The notes below the pieces were generated by a model that was not told where the DNA came from, did no database searches, and worked only from the letters and a program-made list of their open reading frames with translations. A stretch of 64,000 nucleotides of DNA from Candidatus Aenigmatarchaeota archaeon (GTDB lineage: Archaea > Aenigmatarchaeota > Aenigmatarchaeia > Aenigmatarchaeales > Aenigmatarchaeaceae), in NCBI GenBank assembly GCA_043802485.1, contig JAZDKZ010000006.1:199497-263496 (forward strand), read 5' to 3'. Positions 26,712 to 35,991 of the stretch are shown here, piece by piece (the first letter of the stretch is position 1; each line of letters begins with the position of its first letter). A program made the translations under genes and the position numbers.

Positions 26712-27848
26712 ATGGACCTTCATGAATACATGAGATCTACTGAGATAAACACCATATTCATTCTGGCAGTTTCCATGCTGAACCCAGTCCTTGCTCCTTA
26801 TGTAAAAAGTATAGGATTCAGCGATTTGCAGCTAAGCCTTCTTTTCGCAGTCAATCCGCTGATATTGATATTCTATTCAACTTTCATAGGGCGTCTTTCA
26901 GACTATACAGGAAGAAGGAAAGCCATAATATTAGGAATAATGGGCGAGTCTGTAGCCATGCTCATCTACATCTTTAGCACGAGCATGCTGATGTTCGTCG
27001 TTGCAAGGGTGCTGGACGCCATAGCAGGAACCACTGTAGCCATAGTGTCTCTTGCTGCCATCGAAGACAGCATAAAGAAGAAAAGAGGCAAGTACACTGG
27101 AATAAGCTTTAGCCTCGAATATGTCGGAAAATTATTAGGACCTGTTGTGGGCGGTCTGTTGGCAGATGTACTATTCATCAAAGCGCCTTTCGTTACAGCA
27201 CTTGTTGTGATTGCACTATTGCTCTTCTTGCTGCCAAAAGGAAATATAAGCAAAACAAAAGTAAAGAAAAAACTTGACTGGCTAGGAGGCATACGCCATT
27301 TTTTTTCCTTCAGGGAACTTAAAGGGATGGCAATAATAGGAATAGCCATGCATTCGGCCATACCAGCTTTTCTGGTTTTCCTACCACTCATGATCACAGA
27401 ACAAATGAATCTAAGCTATGTCTTTGTCGGGTATGCCATATTTGTTTTAGAGTCGCCACACATACTCCAGTTCCTGTTTGGTAAGTGGGCTGATAGGAAC
27501 GCGAAGAAGCTGATTCTGGCAGGAACATTGATATCAGGCATCTTGATGTCGCTGATGTCTCAGATCAATGTCTATACCGTGCTTCTCCTGGTTCTGTTCG
27601 TTAGAGGGATAGGCCTTAGCATGTGGAACATATCTGCATGGACGCTGATGTCAAACATAGGGGAAAAGAAAAGGATGGAAGGGGAAGTCATAGGATCTTA
27701 CATGTCCATAGTCAAGATAGGATCTTTTTTCAGCTTTATCCTAAGCGGGCTGTTCGTCTATTTGTACGGCATAAGCAGCCTGTTCTTGGTGAATGGCTTA
27801 ATAATAGTGTTGGGAGTGCTGCTTTCTTATCCGTTCTTAAAGAAATAA
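26712..27848 (+). CDS. MFS transporter
   Basis: About 12 hydrophobic segments, plus the loop motif GRLSDYTGRRKAIILG between TM2 and TM3. Confidence 0.75.
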   Translation: MDLHEYMRSTEINTIFILAVSMLNPVLAPYVKSIGFSDLQLSLLFAVNPLILIFYSTFIGRLSDYTGRRKAIILGIMGESVAMLIYIFSTSMLMFVVARVLDAIAGTTVAIVSLAAIEDSIKKKRGKYTGISFSLEYVGKLLGPVVGGLLADVLFIKAPFVTALVVIALLLFLLPKGNISKTKVKKKLDWLGGIRHFFSFRELKGMAIIGIAMHSAIPAFLVFLPLMITEQMNLSYVFVGYAIFVLESPHILQFLFGKWADRNAKKLILAGTLISGILMSLMSQINVYTVLLLVLFVRGIGLSMWNISAWTLMSNIGEKKRMEGEVIGSYMSIVKIGSFFSFILSGLFVYLYGISSLFLVNGLIIVLGVLLSYPFLKK

Positions 27849-27920
27849 TGCACCGACCGGGATTCGAACCCGGATCGCAAGCTTGGCAAGCTTGTATCCT
27901 AACCATTAGACTATCGGTGC
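27849..27920 (-). tRNA. tRNA-Gly(GCC)
   Basis: The reverse complement is GCACCGA-TA-GTCTAATGGTTAGGAT-A-CAAGC-TTGCCAA-GCTTG-CGAT-CCGGG-TTCGAAT-CCCGG-TCGGTGC-A. It abuts the MFS stop codon. Confidence 0.85.
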
Positions 27921-27979
27921 TCAATTATCTTATAATTTTGACAAGTATTTATATAAATTAAGAGAGGCTTAGAACTATT

Positions 27980-28615
27980 ATGGTCAAACTGGTTTCTTTT
28001 GGTCTTGGCGGCATTTTGATAAAAGAGGACAACGGCTGGGATATGATTAGGAAGAAGTACAAGATACCCAACCTATGGGAGAGCTATATGGACGGTGTTC
28101 TTACAAGGAACGAAGCAAAGGTTGGTGAATATATAATATGGAAGCTGCAAGGCGTCACCAAGAGCAAGCTGCAGAAAGATTTGAAGAATTTCAAACTGAT
28201 GAAAGGAGCCAAGCAAACCATAACAGCTCTAAAGAAGAGAAAAATAACTCCTGTCATTATTTCTGACAATCCGGAGTTTCTGGTGAAAGCTGTTGCCAAG
28301 AAACTGGGAATAAAACAGATAGCCTATGACACTATATTATTCGACAAGAAAGGCTATGCCTACGACACGAAACCGATACACCCGTCTAAAAACAGAATGG
28401 TATCAAAGCTTAAAGCTTTGAAGGACTTTGCCAAAAAGAAAAAGATATTATTGAAAGAATGCGCCGTTGTTGGCAACGGCTCCAGCGACGTCACTATTTT
28501 CAATAAAGCAGGATTGTCGATAACATTCAACGCAAAAGATGTAAAGGTCAAGAAAATTGCGGATAAAAATGTAAGTAGCAACAATCTTAGAAAAGTTCTG
28601 GACTATATTCTATGA
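27980..28615 (+). CDS. HAD-superfamily (SerB-like) protein with degenerate catalytic motifs
   Basis: The C-terminal VVGNGSSDVTIFNKAGLSITFNAK resembles GDGANDxxM..AG.GIAFNAK. Motif I reads FGLGGIL instead of FDxDxTL. Confidence 0.55.
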   Translation: MVKLVSFGLGGILIKEDNGWDMIRKKYKIPNLWESYMDGVLTRNEAKVGEYIIWKLQGVTKSKLQKDLKNFKLMKGAKQTITALKKRKITPVIISDNPEFLVKAVAKKLGIKQIAYDTILFDKKGYAYDTKPIHPSKNRMVSKLKALKDFAKKKKILLKECAVVGNGSSDVTIFNKAGLSITFNAKDVKVKKIADKNVSSNNLRKVLDYIL

Positions 28616-28625
28616 AATCATAAAG

Positions 28626-28709
28626 CGCCGACGGCAGGATTTGAACCTGCACGTCCTTGCGGACAGTAGTTTTCGAGACTACCGCACTACCAGATTATGC
28701 GACGTCGGC
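28626..28709 (-). tRNA. tRNA-Ser(CGA), class II
   Basis: The reverse complement is GCCGACG-TC-GCATAATCTGGTAGTGC-G-GTAGT-CTCGAAA-ACTAC-TGTCCGCAAGGACGT-GCAGG-TTCAAAT-CCTGC-CGTCGGC-G. Confidence 0.85.
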
Positions 28710-29164
28710 ATAATAGAAAATTATTTGGAATAATATTTAAAACAAGATTTATTCAGAACTAGGCACGATTAAACTTTTCTATCGGAACGGAAAATACCTT
28801 TACCGTCAATGGCGGATCGGATACCTGCCTTTAGCAATATTATTATATGGAGAGCCTCCACAAGGTCGCAGTGCAATCCGCCAAAGCGGTTGGTGATGAG
28901 TTGGTTTTTTTGATGGTCATCCAAAGAGAATAGAAGAAGTCAGGAGTCATCCCAAATTAACATCTTGTGAAGATTCCGTAGACTACTGCAAACATGTGCT
29001 TTGACCAAAGATTTTTAATAAAGTTTTGCATAGTCTCGGTACATTGTTTATGTTAACTAATAATAATGTTTTGTATTATTCAAAACATATTCTGTAGAAT
29101 ATAGGTTTTATTGACTTGGAGTTCACTCATATAATTTAAGTTCTAATATTTCTATATTCTTATT

Positions 29165-29596
29165 ATGGATAAGGGGAAAGTAAAGGATTTTCTAAAAGAC
29201 TTGGCTACTGGTTTAATAGCAGAGAGGGGTGTCAAGGCAGGAATATTAGGTGGTTTGGTAAATGGATTCTTCTTCTTGTTAGTTTATTTGTTTGCTGGTG
29301 TAAAAGAACTTCCTATAGGCATTTTTTCTTTTTCAGTAGCATTCCTTTTCATTATAACACATATAATAGAAGCTGCTGTTTTCGGATTAGTTTTTAGCGT
29401 TTTCTATATTTTTATACCTGTTGAGAAAGGCTTTCACAAGGCTATTCTGCTCTCTCTTGTATTTTGGTTTTTGTTAAAGTTAATACCGTTCTTTTCTTTG
29501 TTAACAACAAACCCGTTAATAGCCATAGAAACAGTGATACGTTATATTTTTATGGGTGTTTTGGTTTACATATTCTGGAACATGATTAAAGAATAG
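29165..29596 (+). CDS. Polytopic membrane protein, unknown function
   Basis: It has four hydrophobic segments and lies in an AT-rich region between tRNA-Ser and tRNA-Glu. Confidence 0.5.
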   Translation: MDKGKVKDFLKDLATGLIAERGVKAGILGGLVNGFFFLLVYLFAGVKELPIGIFSFSVAFLFIITHIIEAAVFGLVFSVFYIFIPVEKGFHKAILLSLVFWFLLKLIPFFSLLTTNPLIAIETVIRYIFMGVLVYIFWNMIKE

Positions 29597-29598
29597 AG

Positions 29599-29611
29599 TG
29601 CCCCCAGAGGG
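29599..29611. repeat. Partial copy of the tRNA-Glu 3' end (candidate distal att site)
   Basis: TGCCCCCAGAGGG matches TGCCCCCACAGGG at 30430..30442 at 12 of 13 positions, in the same orientation. Confidence 0.45.
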
Positions 29612-29671
29612 CTCTATGGAAATGGGTAAATCCCCTAAAGCCTTAAATTTTGGGTTTTCTATATTAAAGGT

Positions 29672-30145
29672 ATGAATAAATCTATGTTTGACATTGGAAT
29701 AGCGATGATAGTAATAGCAGCGATTAGTATTTTTGTTTATGTTGTATTTTTTTCAAATATCATTTCTCCACCTGTTCCAGAAATAATTGTAACAAATAGT
29801 GGTGGTTCTGCAATGTTGGCTGCTGAATGTGCAGATAAATCTTATCTCTATGATAATGCAGACATTGTCGTAATAGGTACTGTTAGTAAAGTCGAAACTA
29901 AACAGGAAAATCAGATTTATACATATTCAAGCATTCTTGTTGAAAGTTTTGAGAAAGGAGAGCTCAATTCTAATAAGTTAAAGATTAAAACACCTGGCGG
30001 ATGTATAGGAACAACTTGTATGCAAGTAGAAGATCAACCAATTTTTCATGAAGACGAATTAGTCAGAATTTATTTGAAACAAGATGAAAATGAATTCTCA
30101 ATAATTTGTGGTATAGCTGGAGTAGAAGAAGTTGGAAGAATTTAA
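29672..30145 (+). CDS. Membrane-anchored/secreted protein, unknown function (inside candidate integrated remnant)
   Basis: An N-terminal helix (IGIAMIVIAAISIFVYVVFF) is followed by a soluble domain with 4 Cys. Confidence 0.5.
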   Translation: MNKSMFDIGIAMIVIAAISIFVYVVFFSNIISPPVPEIIVTNSGGSAMLAAECADKSYLYDNADIVVIGTVSKVETKQENQIYTYSSILVESFEKGELNSNKLKIKTPGGCIGTTCMQVEDQPIFHEDELVRIYLKQDENEFSIICGIAGVEEVGRI

Positions 30146-30159
30146 ATTAGCCCAGATAG

Positions 30160-30372
30160 TCAAATTGGAAGCAATGGCTCAAAGTCCTTGTTTAGCCATA
30201 AAGCAATTTTGATTAAATGATTTACATATTTTGCTATTTTGCCCTTTGTTATTTCCTCTAACTCACAAGACTTTACAAATTCCTTGATTTTTTTCTGATT
30301 GTTAGAAGATAATTTTTCAGTTCTTTTCAAAGAATTTTCTAGAACTCTATTGTAATTGTGAATATCCCTCAT
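30160..30372 (-). pseudogene. N-terminal fragment of a tyrosine-recombinase/integrase-like gene
   Basis: The 70-aa ORF (LKRTEKLSSNNQKKIKEFVKSCELEEITKGKIAKYVNHLIKIALWLNKDFE) resembles, from memory, the N-terminal SAM-like arm of archaeal integrases. No catalytic domain follows, and it lies 58 nt from the tRNA-Glu 3' end. Confidence 0.4.
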
Positions 30373-30429
30373 AATCTAGAATGAGAAACTAATCTTTTTA
30401 TGTTTTATGGGATTTGACCTATTTGGTAA

Positions 30430-30504
30430 TGCCCCCACAGGGATTTGAACCCTGATTGCGAGGTCGAGAACCTCGCGTCCTTAACCGGGTTAGACGATGG
30501 GGGC
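30430..30504 (-). tRNA. tRNA-Glu(CUC)
   Basis: The reverse complement is GCCCCCA-TC-GTCTAACCCGGTTAAGGAC-G-CGAGG-TTCTCGA-CCTCG-CAAT-CAGGG-TTCAAAT-CCCTG-TGGGGGC-A. Confidence 0.85.
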
Positions 30505-30531
30505 TTTGAATATAATTCAATGGTATGTTTT

Positions 30532-31392
30532 TTAAATGTTATAAAAGTTCTTTTTGACAACACTATGAATCTCTTCTATCAAGTCTGTGGGAAGCATGCT
30601 CTCTCCATATCTTTTGGCAGCCAGCTCCCCTGCCTTGCCGTTGACATAGGCAGCAGCGCAGGCAGACAAGAACTTGTCATTTCCCCTTGCAAGATAAGCC
30701 CCACATAACCCGGTCATTGTGTCGCCGAAACCCCCCTTTGTCATCAACGTCGAACCTGTCTTGTTCAGCATCACCTTGCTACCATCTGATATGACGTCCA
30801 CATTGCCCTTGAGAATTATGACATTATTTATTTTTCCGGCTTCTGTCTTGACTGATTGAACCCTATGTTTCAGATTATTGGTAACACTAACTCCAGTAAG
30901 ATTCCTAAACTCGTCGGCATGCGGCGTGAGAACGCAATTCTTTTCTCTCAAAAGGCTCGCCTTTCCAGCAACAGCCCTTATTGCATCAGCGTCGATAACC
31001 ATGGGCAGGTCTATTTTCTCTATCAACTTGATGATGACAGCATTGGTCTCCTTCTTTCTCCACAGACCAGGACCTATCACAACAGCGGTCCCTCGAACCT
31101 CTTTAATCAAGGAAAGTATTTTCCTGACATGCCTCATTTCAAGTTTGTCTCCTTTCAAAGGCTCTGTTATTAGAGACGGAGAAAAAATAGCAGCAATGTC
31201 AGCAGACCTCTGCGGCGAGGCGATATAGACCAAATCGCAGCCAGCCCTGTACGCAGCCATGCCGACAAAGCAGGCAGAACCTGTGTGTCGCTCACAGCCT
31301 GCTATCACAACCAGCTTGCCGTACTGGCCCTTGTGCGACCACTTTTCTCGCCGCCCATATATTTTTTTCAGGAGATTCCTGCTAGTGTACAT
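30532..31392 (-). CDS. ADP/ATP-dependent NAD(P)H-hydrate dehydratase (YjeF C-terminal/carbohydrate-kinase family)
   Basis: HKGQYGKLVVIAGCERHTGSACFVGMAAYRAGCDLVYI and GGFGDTMTGLCGAYLARG match the Nnr dehydratase signature regions. Confidence 0.75.
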   Translation of the reverse strand: MYTSRNLLKKIYGRREKWSHKGQYGKLVVIAGCERHTGSACFVGMAAYRAGCDLVYIASPQRSADIAAIFSPSLITEPLKGDKLEMRHVRKILSLIKEVRGTAVVIGPGLWRKKETNAVIIKLIEKIDLPMVIDADAIRAVAGKASLLREKNCVLTPHADEFRNLTGVSVTNNLKHRVQSVKTEAGKINNVIILKGNVDVISDGSKVMLNKTGSTLMTKGGFGDTMTGLCGAYLARGNDKFLSACAAAYVNGKAGELAAKRYGESMLPTDLIEEIHSVVKKNFYNI

Positions 31393-31428
31393 GCTTAATC
31401 TATCGTATTACCAGAAGATAAAAATTTG

Positions 31429-31502
31429 TGAGCCCGGGGAGATTTGAACTCTCATCACCAGGTCCGAAGCCTGGCGCTCTATCCAGGTTGAGCTACGGGC
31501 CC
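31429..31502 (-). tRNA. tRNA-Arg(UCG)
   Basis: The reverse complement is GGGCCCG-TA-GCTCAACCTGGATAGAGC-G-CCAGG-CTTCGGA-CCTGG-TGAT-GAGAG-TTCAAAT-CTCCC-CGGGCTC-A. The T stem has one A.C mismatch. Confidence 0.8.
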
Positions 31503-31545
31503 ATCTAATTAAATAGTTTCCGAGAATGATTTAAAACGTTTGTGT

Positions 31546-32805
31546 CTAAGGGTAGACTCTATTAATGGTTCTCGGAAAAGGCAGCGTATCCATTATATGG
31601 TCTGCTCCACTGATCCACATCACCATCCGGTCTATGCCCATGCCGAAGCCAGAATGCGGAACGGTGCCATACTTTCTCAGATCAATGTACCATTCATAAC
31701 TTTTAGTGTCCAGCCCGAACAGTTCCATCGACTCTAGTAACTCATTTAAATCGGATATTCTCTCGCTCCCGCCTATTATCTCGCCCGCCCTCGGAACCAT
31801 CAGGTCCGATGCAAGGACAACGCTAGGGTCCTTGGGGTCAGGCTTCATGTAGAACGCCTTCTTCTTCCTCGGGTATGCCATGAGGAAGAAAGGCTTGTTG
31901 TCCAGCTTTTCTATCAGGTCTTTCAGGTCCTTGTCCGTGAGAACATCCTCGACATTCTTGCCAATCTTCTCAACAGCGTCCTTGTAGGTTATCCTTAGGA
32001 AAGGCCTTTTGATTTCCTCAAGCTCCTTGGTATCTCTACCCAATCCTTCCAACTCCTTCTTGCAGTTCTCAAGAACATGTTTCACAATGTAGACCACGAA
32101 TTCCTCCTCAAACTCCAGCAGCTCCTCGTGACCCATCCATGCAGCCTCCATCTCCTGGTGCCAGAACTCTGTAAGATGCCTCCTGGTCCTTGACTTTTCA
32201 GCCCTGAAGCTTGGAGCAAGTGTGTAGATGTTCTCAAGGGTCTGTATCATGGCCTCGAAATAAAGCTGGCCAGACTGGGAAAGAAAAGCCTCATCACCAA
32301 AGTATTTCACCTCGAACAGTGTCGTCCCGCCCTCGCACGCGCAGCTGGTGAACAGCGGCGGCTGCACCTCGTAGAATCCTTTTTCCTTATAGAAAGCATG
32401 AACAGCCCTAATGACTTCGGCCCTTATCTTGAATATCTTTAGAAGCTTCTGCGACCTTATCCACAAGTGCCTGACATCCCTTGTGTACTCCTCGCTCAAG
32501 TCCTTTGTCAAAGGGAAAGTCTCTGCCAGACCAACTATCTTCAACTCCTTGGTCTGCAACTCATAGCCACCAGGCGCTCGGCCGTCCTCCTTGACAGTTC
32601 CTGTGACCTCTATCGAGGACTCCATGGTGGCTTCCTCTGCCTCCTTTATGCCCTTGCAGGCCAGCTGGATAACTCCGGTCGAGTCCCTGAGCAGTATGAA
32701 GACCAGCTTCTTCTGGTCTCTCTTCCTGTATATCCAGCCTCTGAGGGAAACTTCCTTGCCTGTCATCTCCCCTGAAAGGACCTTGTTGATATGTATGAAA
32801 GTCAT
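31546..32805 (-). CDS. asnS: Class IIb aminoacyl-tRNA synthetase, most like asparaginyl-tRNA synthetase (AspRS not excluded)
   Basis: An OB-fold N-terminus (VSLRGWIYRKRDQKKLVFILLRDSTGVIQ), motif 2 FRAEKSRTRRHLTEFWHQEME, and a C-terminal GFGMGIDRMVMWISG...LPFPRTINRVYP. The FPRT ending favours AsnRS over AspRS. Confidence 0.65.
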   Translation of the reverse strand: MTFIHINKVLSGEMTGKEVSLRGWIYRKRDQKKLVFILLRDSTGVIQLACKGIKEAEEATMESSIEVTGTVKEDGRAPGGYELQTKELKIVGLAETFPLTKDLSEEYTRDVRHLWIRSQKLLKIFKIRAEVIRAVHAFYKEKGFYEVQPPLFTSCACEGGTTLFEVKYFGDEAFLSQSGQLYFEAMIQTLENIYTLAPSFRAEKSRTRRHLTEFWHQEMEAAWMGHEELLEFEEEFVVYIVKHVLENCKKELEGLGRDTKELEEIKRPFLRITYKDAVEKIGKNVEDVLTDKDLKDLIEKLDNKPFFLMAYPRKKKAFYMKPDPKDPSVVLASDLMVPRAGEIIGGSERISDLNELLESMELFGLDTKSYEWYIDLRKYGTVPHSGFGMGIDRMVMWISGADHIMDTLPFPRTINRVYP

Positions 32806-32854
32806 GTAATCACTATTGTTGTTATAATCTTATAAATAATAGTTTAAGAATTTT

Positions 32855-34258
32855 CTATTTCTTGTTCAGAATCTCGGCAACTTCCTTGGCATCAGCCCTT
32901 CCCTGGGTCTTGGCAATGACCTTGCCTATCAGATATGAAAGCGCCTTCTTGTTACCACTTTTCAGTTCTTCAAAGGCCTTGTTCTCATCTTTCAGAACTT
33001 TCATCACAATCTTCTCCAAATCTCCACTGTCTACCTTGCAGTATTTCGAAAGTAGCGAATCAAGATTTTCAGGCTTGAGTATTATCTCCCTGAGTATGAG
33101 CTCCCCTCCACGGTCGCTGACCATGCAGGATTCAACAGCACCAAGCAGCTTGACAAACGTATCGCTGTCAAGCTTTGTTTCATCCAGCTCCAGGTTGTTG
33201 TAGAACAGGGTCTTCTTCAGTATAATCATCCATGTGGCAGTAAGCTTGGGGTCAACTTTCTTGATAACATCCTCATAGAAGCTGGCTAGTGCTAAATCAG
33301 AAGTTATCGAAGCTGCAAGCTCGTTGGATATGCCAAAGCCTTTGATATATTTTTCAAACTTCTGCTGCGGAAGCTCTGGAAGGGTTTTCCTGATTTCCTC
33401 TACATAATCCTTCCCTATCTGAACTCTTGAGAGGTTGGGCTCGAATATGTAACCATAATCATCCTCAAACTCCTTCTTCCTCATCTCCTTTGTCTTTCTC
33501 TTGGCATTGTCCCACATCAGCGTCTTTCTCTCCACAGTCTCGCCTTTCTTAACCATCCTCTCCTGCCTCTTGACCTCATATTCAATGGCCTTGCCTATAT
33601 CCTCAAAGCTGGAGATGTTCTTTATCTCAACCCTTTCCCCGCCTTTCAAGGAAACATTAACATCAGTCCTCATGGACATCTCGCCCTTGACAAAAACCCC
33701 TAGATATTCAAGAATTGATGACAGCCTCTTCAAGAAGGTCCTCACCTCTTTTGAGGATGAAAAGTCAGGCTTTGTGACTATCTCGCACAGCGGGATGCCG
33801 GAACGGTTGTAATCGACAAGAACGTGGGTGGCAGTGGTGACATCGCCCCCGACATGATGCAGCTTGGCAGGGTCCTCCTCAAGATGTATCCTCTCTATGT
33901 TTATCGTCTTCTTATTGCCTTCAGCGTCTTGGGTCTCAAGCTTGCCGTTTCTAGCCAAAGGTATCTCGTACTGGGTTATCTGAAAGTTCTTTGCCATGTC
34001 CGGATAGAAGTAGGTCTTCCTGGAAAAGAAGAACTCTGGAAGCAGCTCAAAGTCAAGTGCCAAAGCAATCTTTATCCCAGCTTCAAGGGCAGCCTTGTTA
34101 AGCACAGGCTTGCTGCCAGGCATGCCAAGGCATATTGGGCAGCATCTTGTGTTGGGCTTCTCAGGCATGTCTCTTATGGAGCAGCCGCAGAATATCTTGG
34201 TCTTGGTGTTCAGCTGGACATGCGTCTCCAACCCTATCATCACTTCTACCATATTCAC
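32855..34258 (-). CDS. gatB: Asp/Glu-tRNA amidotransferase subunit B
   Basis: The N-terminal IGLETHVQLNTKTKIFCGCS and the YqeY-like tail are typical of GatB. It overlaps gatA by 4 nt. Confidence 0.9.
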   Translation of the reverse strand: MNMVEVMIGLETHVQLNTKTKIFCGCSIRDMPEKPNTRCCPICLGMPGSKPVLNKAALEAGIKIALALDFELLPEFFFSRKTYFYPDMAKNFQITQYEIPLARNGKLETQDAEGNKKTINIERIHLEEDPAKLHHVGGDVTTATHVLVDYNRSGIPLCEIVTKPDFSSSKEVRTFLKRLSSILEYLGVFVKGEMSMRTDVNVSLKGGERVEIKNISSFEDIGKAIEYEVKRQERMVKKGETVERKTLMWDNAKRKTKEMRKKEFEDDYGYIFEPNLSRVQIGKDYVEEIRKTLPELPQQKFEKYIKGFGISNELAASITSDLALASFYEDVIKKVDPKLTATWMIILKKTLFYNNLELDETKLDSDTFVKLLGAVESCMVSDRGGELILREIILKPENLDSLLSKYCKVDSGDLEKIVMKVLKDENKAFEELKSGNKKALSYLIGKVIAKTQGRADAKEVAEILNKK

Positions 34259-35604
34259 ACCTTATGATACTTTATCTCTCCTCTCTCTTTCTCGTAAGCA
34301 TGAGCAACGCTTATTATCTTCTTCTCCTGCAGATGGTCACCCATTATGTGCAGGCCAACCGGCAGGCCATCGACAAAGCCGCAAGGAATGGAAATGCAGG
34401 GCATGCCTGAAAGGTTTATCGGGACTGTGAGAACGTCTGCCTGGTATTCCTTCAAAGGATCAATATTGACCAGTTCCGAGAGCTTGGGCGGTAGCATGGG
34501 CATTGTCGGTGCAGCCAGCACATCAACCTTCTTGAAGACCTTCTTGAAATCCTGAATAACAAGGGTCCTCACCTTCATGGCCTTCAGGTAGAGCTCATCG
34601 CGGTAGCCAGCCATTCTAGAATAGGTACCAAGTATTATCCTCCTCTTGGCCTCTGTGCCAAAGTTGGCAGACCTTATGTCAGAAAAGTACTGGTTAAAGT
34701 TCCTGTCACCGATGTCAGAGCTGGCCCCGTACCTCATGCCGCAATACTTTGCCAGATTGGTAGAAGCCTCTGACATTGCTATTATGTAATAAGCAGCAAG
34801 AGCCTGCTTTGTAAGAGACATGGAGACCTCCTCATATTGGAAGCCTTTGCTTTCCAGGAGCTTTATCGCCTCCCAGACCCTCTTCTGGATATCCTCATCA
34901 ACATTATCAAAATATTCCTTTGGAACCCCTATCTTCAGTTTCTTATCATCAATTTTCGTATAGCCCTGCTTTTCTATGGCAAGACTAGTCGAATCCTTTG
35001 GATCATGACCAGCAATCAAGCCAAGGCCTTTGGCACAGTCCATAACACTTCTAGCCATCACACCTATCTTGTCAAGCGAGCCTGCGTATTCTATCAAGCC
35101 ATATCTGCTAACAAGGCCGTATGTAGGGGTTAACCCCACGACACCACAGAAAGAGGCAGGACATGATATCGAGCCGCCTGTTGACTCGGCTATTGTTATG
35201 TGCTTCGCGTCAAGGGCGGCTGTGATGCAACCGGAGCCACCGGAACTCCCGCCACAGCTTCTTTCAACATCCCAAGGGTTCTTGGGAACCTTGTAGGTGT
35301 TCTTGCAGAAAGTGCCGAAGCCGAACTCGTCCTGGCATGTCTTGCCTATGATAGAGCCTGCTTTCCTCAGTTTATCAACAACAGAAGCATCAAAGACAGG
35401 CTTGTAATTGGAAAGTATCCTGCTCCCAGAACCGGAAAGCATGCCCTTTGTACATATGCAGTCTTTCAAGGTAAAGACTCTGTCCTCACTACCTATGATG
35501 TCGGCTATTGCTGTGAAACAGCTCAATTTCTTGTCTATTCTCCTACATTCCTCTAAAATACCCATATCAAACAGCCCTCGGTCCTTTGAAAAAGCCTTCT
35601 TCAT
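34255..35604 (-). CDS. gatA: Asp/Glu-tRNA amidotransferase subunit A (amidase signature family)
   Basis: It has the amidase signature GGSSGGSG with conserved Ser/Lys context, and lies between gatC and gatB. Confidence 0.9.
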   Translation of the reverse strand: MKKAFSKDRGLFDMGILEECRRIDKKLSCFTAIADIIGSEDRVFTLKDCICTKGMLSGSGSRILSNYKPVFDASVVDKLRKAGSIIGKTCQDEFGFGTFCKNTYKVPKNPWDVERSCGGSSGGSGCITAALDAKHITIAESTGGSISCPASFCGVVGLTPTYGLVSRYGLIEYAGSLDKIGVMARSVMDCAKGLGLIAGHDPKDSTSLAIEKQGYTKIDDKKLKIGVPKEYFDNVDEDIQKRVWEAIKLLESKGFQYEEVSMSLTKQALAAYYIIAMSEASTNLAKYCGMRYGASSDIGDRNFNQYFSDIRSANFGTEAKRRIILGTYSRMAGYRDELYLKAMKVRTLVIQDFKKVFKKVDVLAAPTMPMLPPKLSELVNIDPLKEYQADVLTVPINLSGMPCISIPCGFVDGLPVGLHIMGDHLQEKKIISVAHAYEKERGEIKYHKV

Positions 35605-35848
35605 TCTGATCAGAGTTCCTGAGAGCGTCCTCCTGCGACAGGCATTCTTCTGACTCGTCCTCCCTGAAGACGTTCTTCACCTCAACAGGTTGGAAAGAAG
35701 GCTCAATGCCCTCTGTGTCAACATCCTTTATCGCAGAAAAGGCGTCTAGTATCTCGGAGATGTCCTTCGAGAATTTTTGGGTCTCATCATCTGTCAGGTT
35801 AAGCCTTGAAAGCTTGGCAACATGCCTTATGGTCTTTTCGTCAATCAT
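35567..35848 (-). CDS. gatC: Asp/Glu-tRNA amidotransferase subunit C
   Basis: I trimmed the start to MIDEKTIRHVAKLSRLNLTDDE (ATG at 35846-35848) because the longer ORF would overlap tRNA-Asn. The sequence is typical of GatC. Confidence 0.8.
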   Translation of the reverse strand: MIDEKTIRHVAKLSRLNLTDDETQKFSKDISEILDAFSAIKDVDTEGIEPSFQPVEVKNVFREDESEECLSQEDALRNSDQNEEGFFKGPRAV

Positions 35849-35860
35849 GAAATCACGGAG

Positions 35861-35933
35861 CGGCTGGGACAAGACTCGAACTTGCAACCTCCTGATTAAC
35901 AGTCAGGCATTCTACCTATTGAACTACCCAGCC
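35861..35933 (-). tRNA. tRNA-Asn(GUU), copy 1
   Basis: The reverse complement is GGCTGGG-TA-GTTCAATAGGTAGAAT-G-CCTGA-CTGTTAA-TCAGG-AGGTT-GCAAG-TTCGAGT-CTTGT-CCCAGCC-G. Confidence 0.85.
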
Positions 35934-35991
35934 ATTTATGTTCACTACTAGAGTGTTTGTCGTAAACCCTAATTATTGTTAAGGTTTCGAG

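Noticed and set aside
28790-28916. The GC-rich island could be a 5S rRNA or a tRNA-like gene.
   Set aside because: It has no 5S loop motifs (CCGAAC / GGGAGAG context) and no cloverleaf with a T-loop GTTCRAATC. I retained it only as an unclassified ncRNA candidate.
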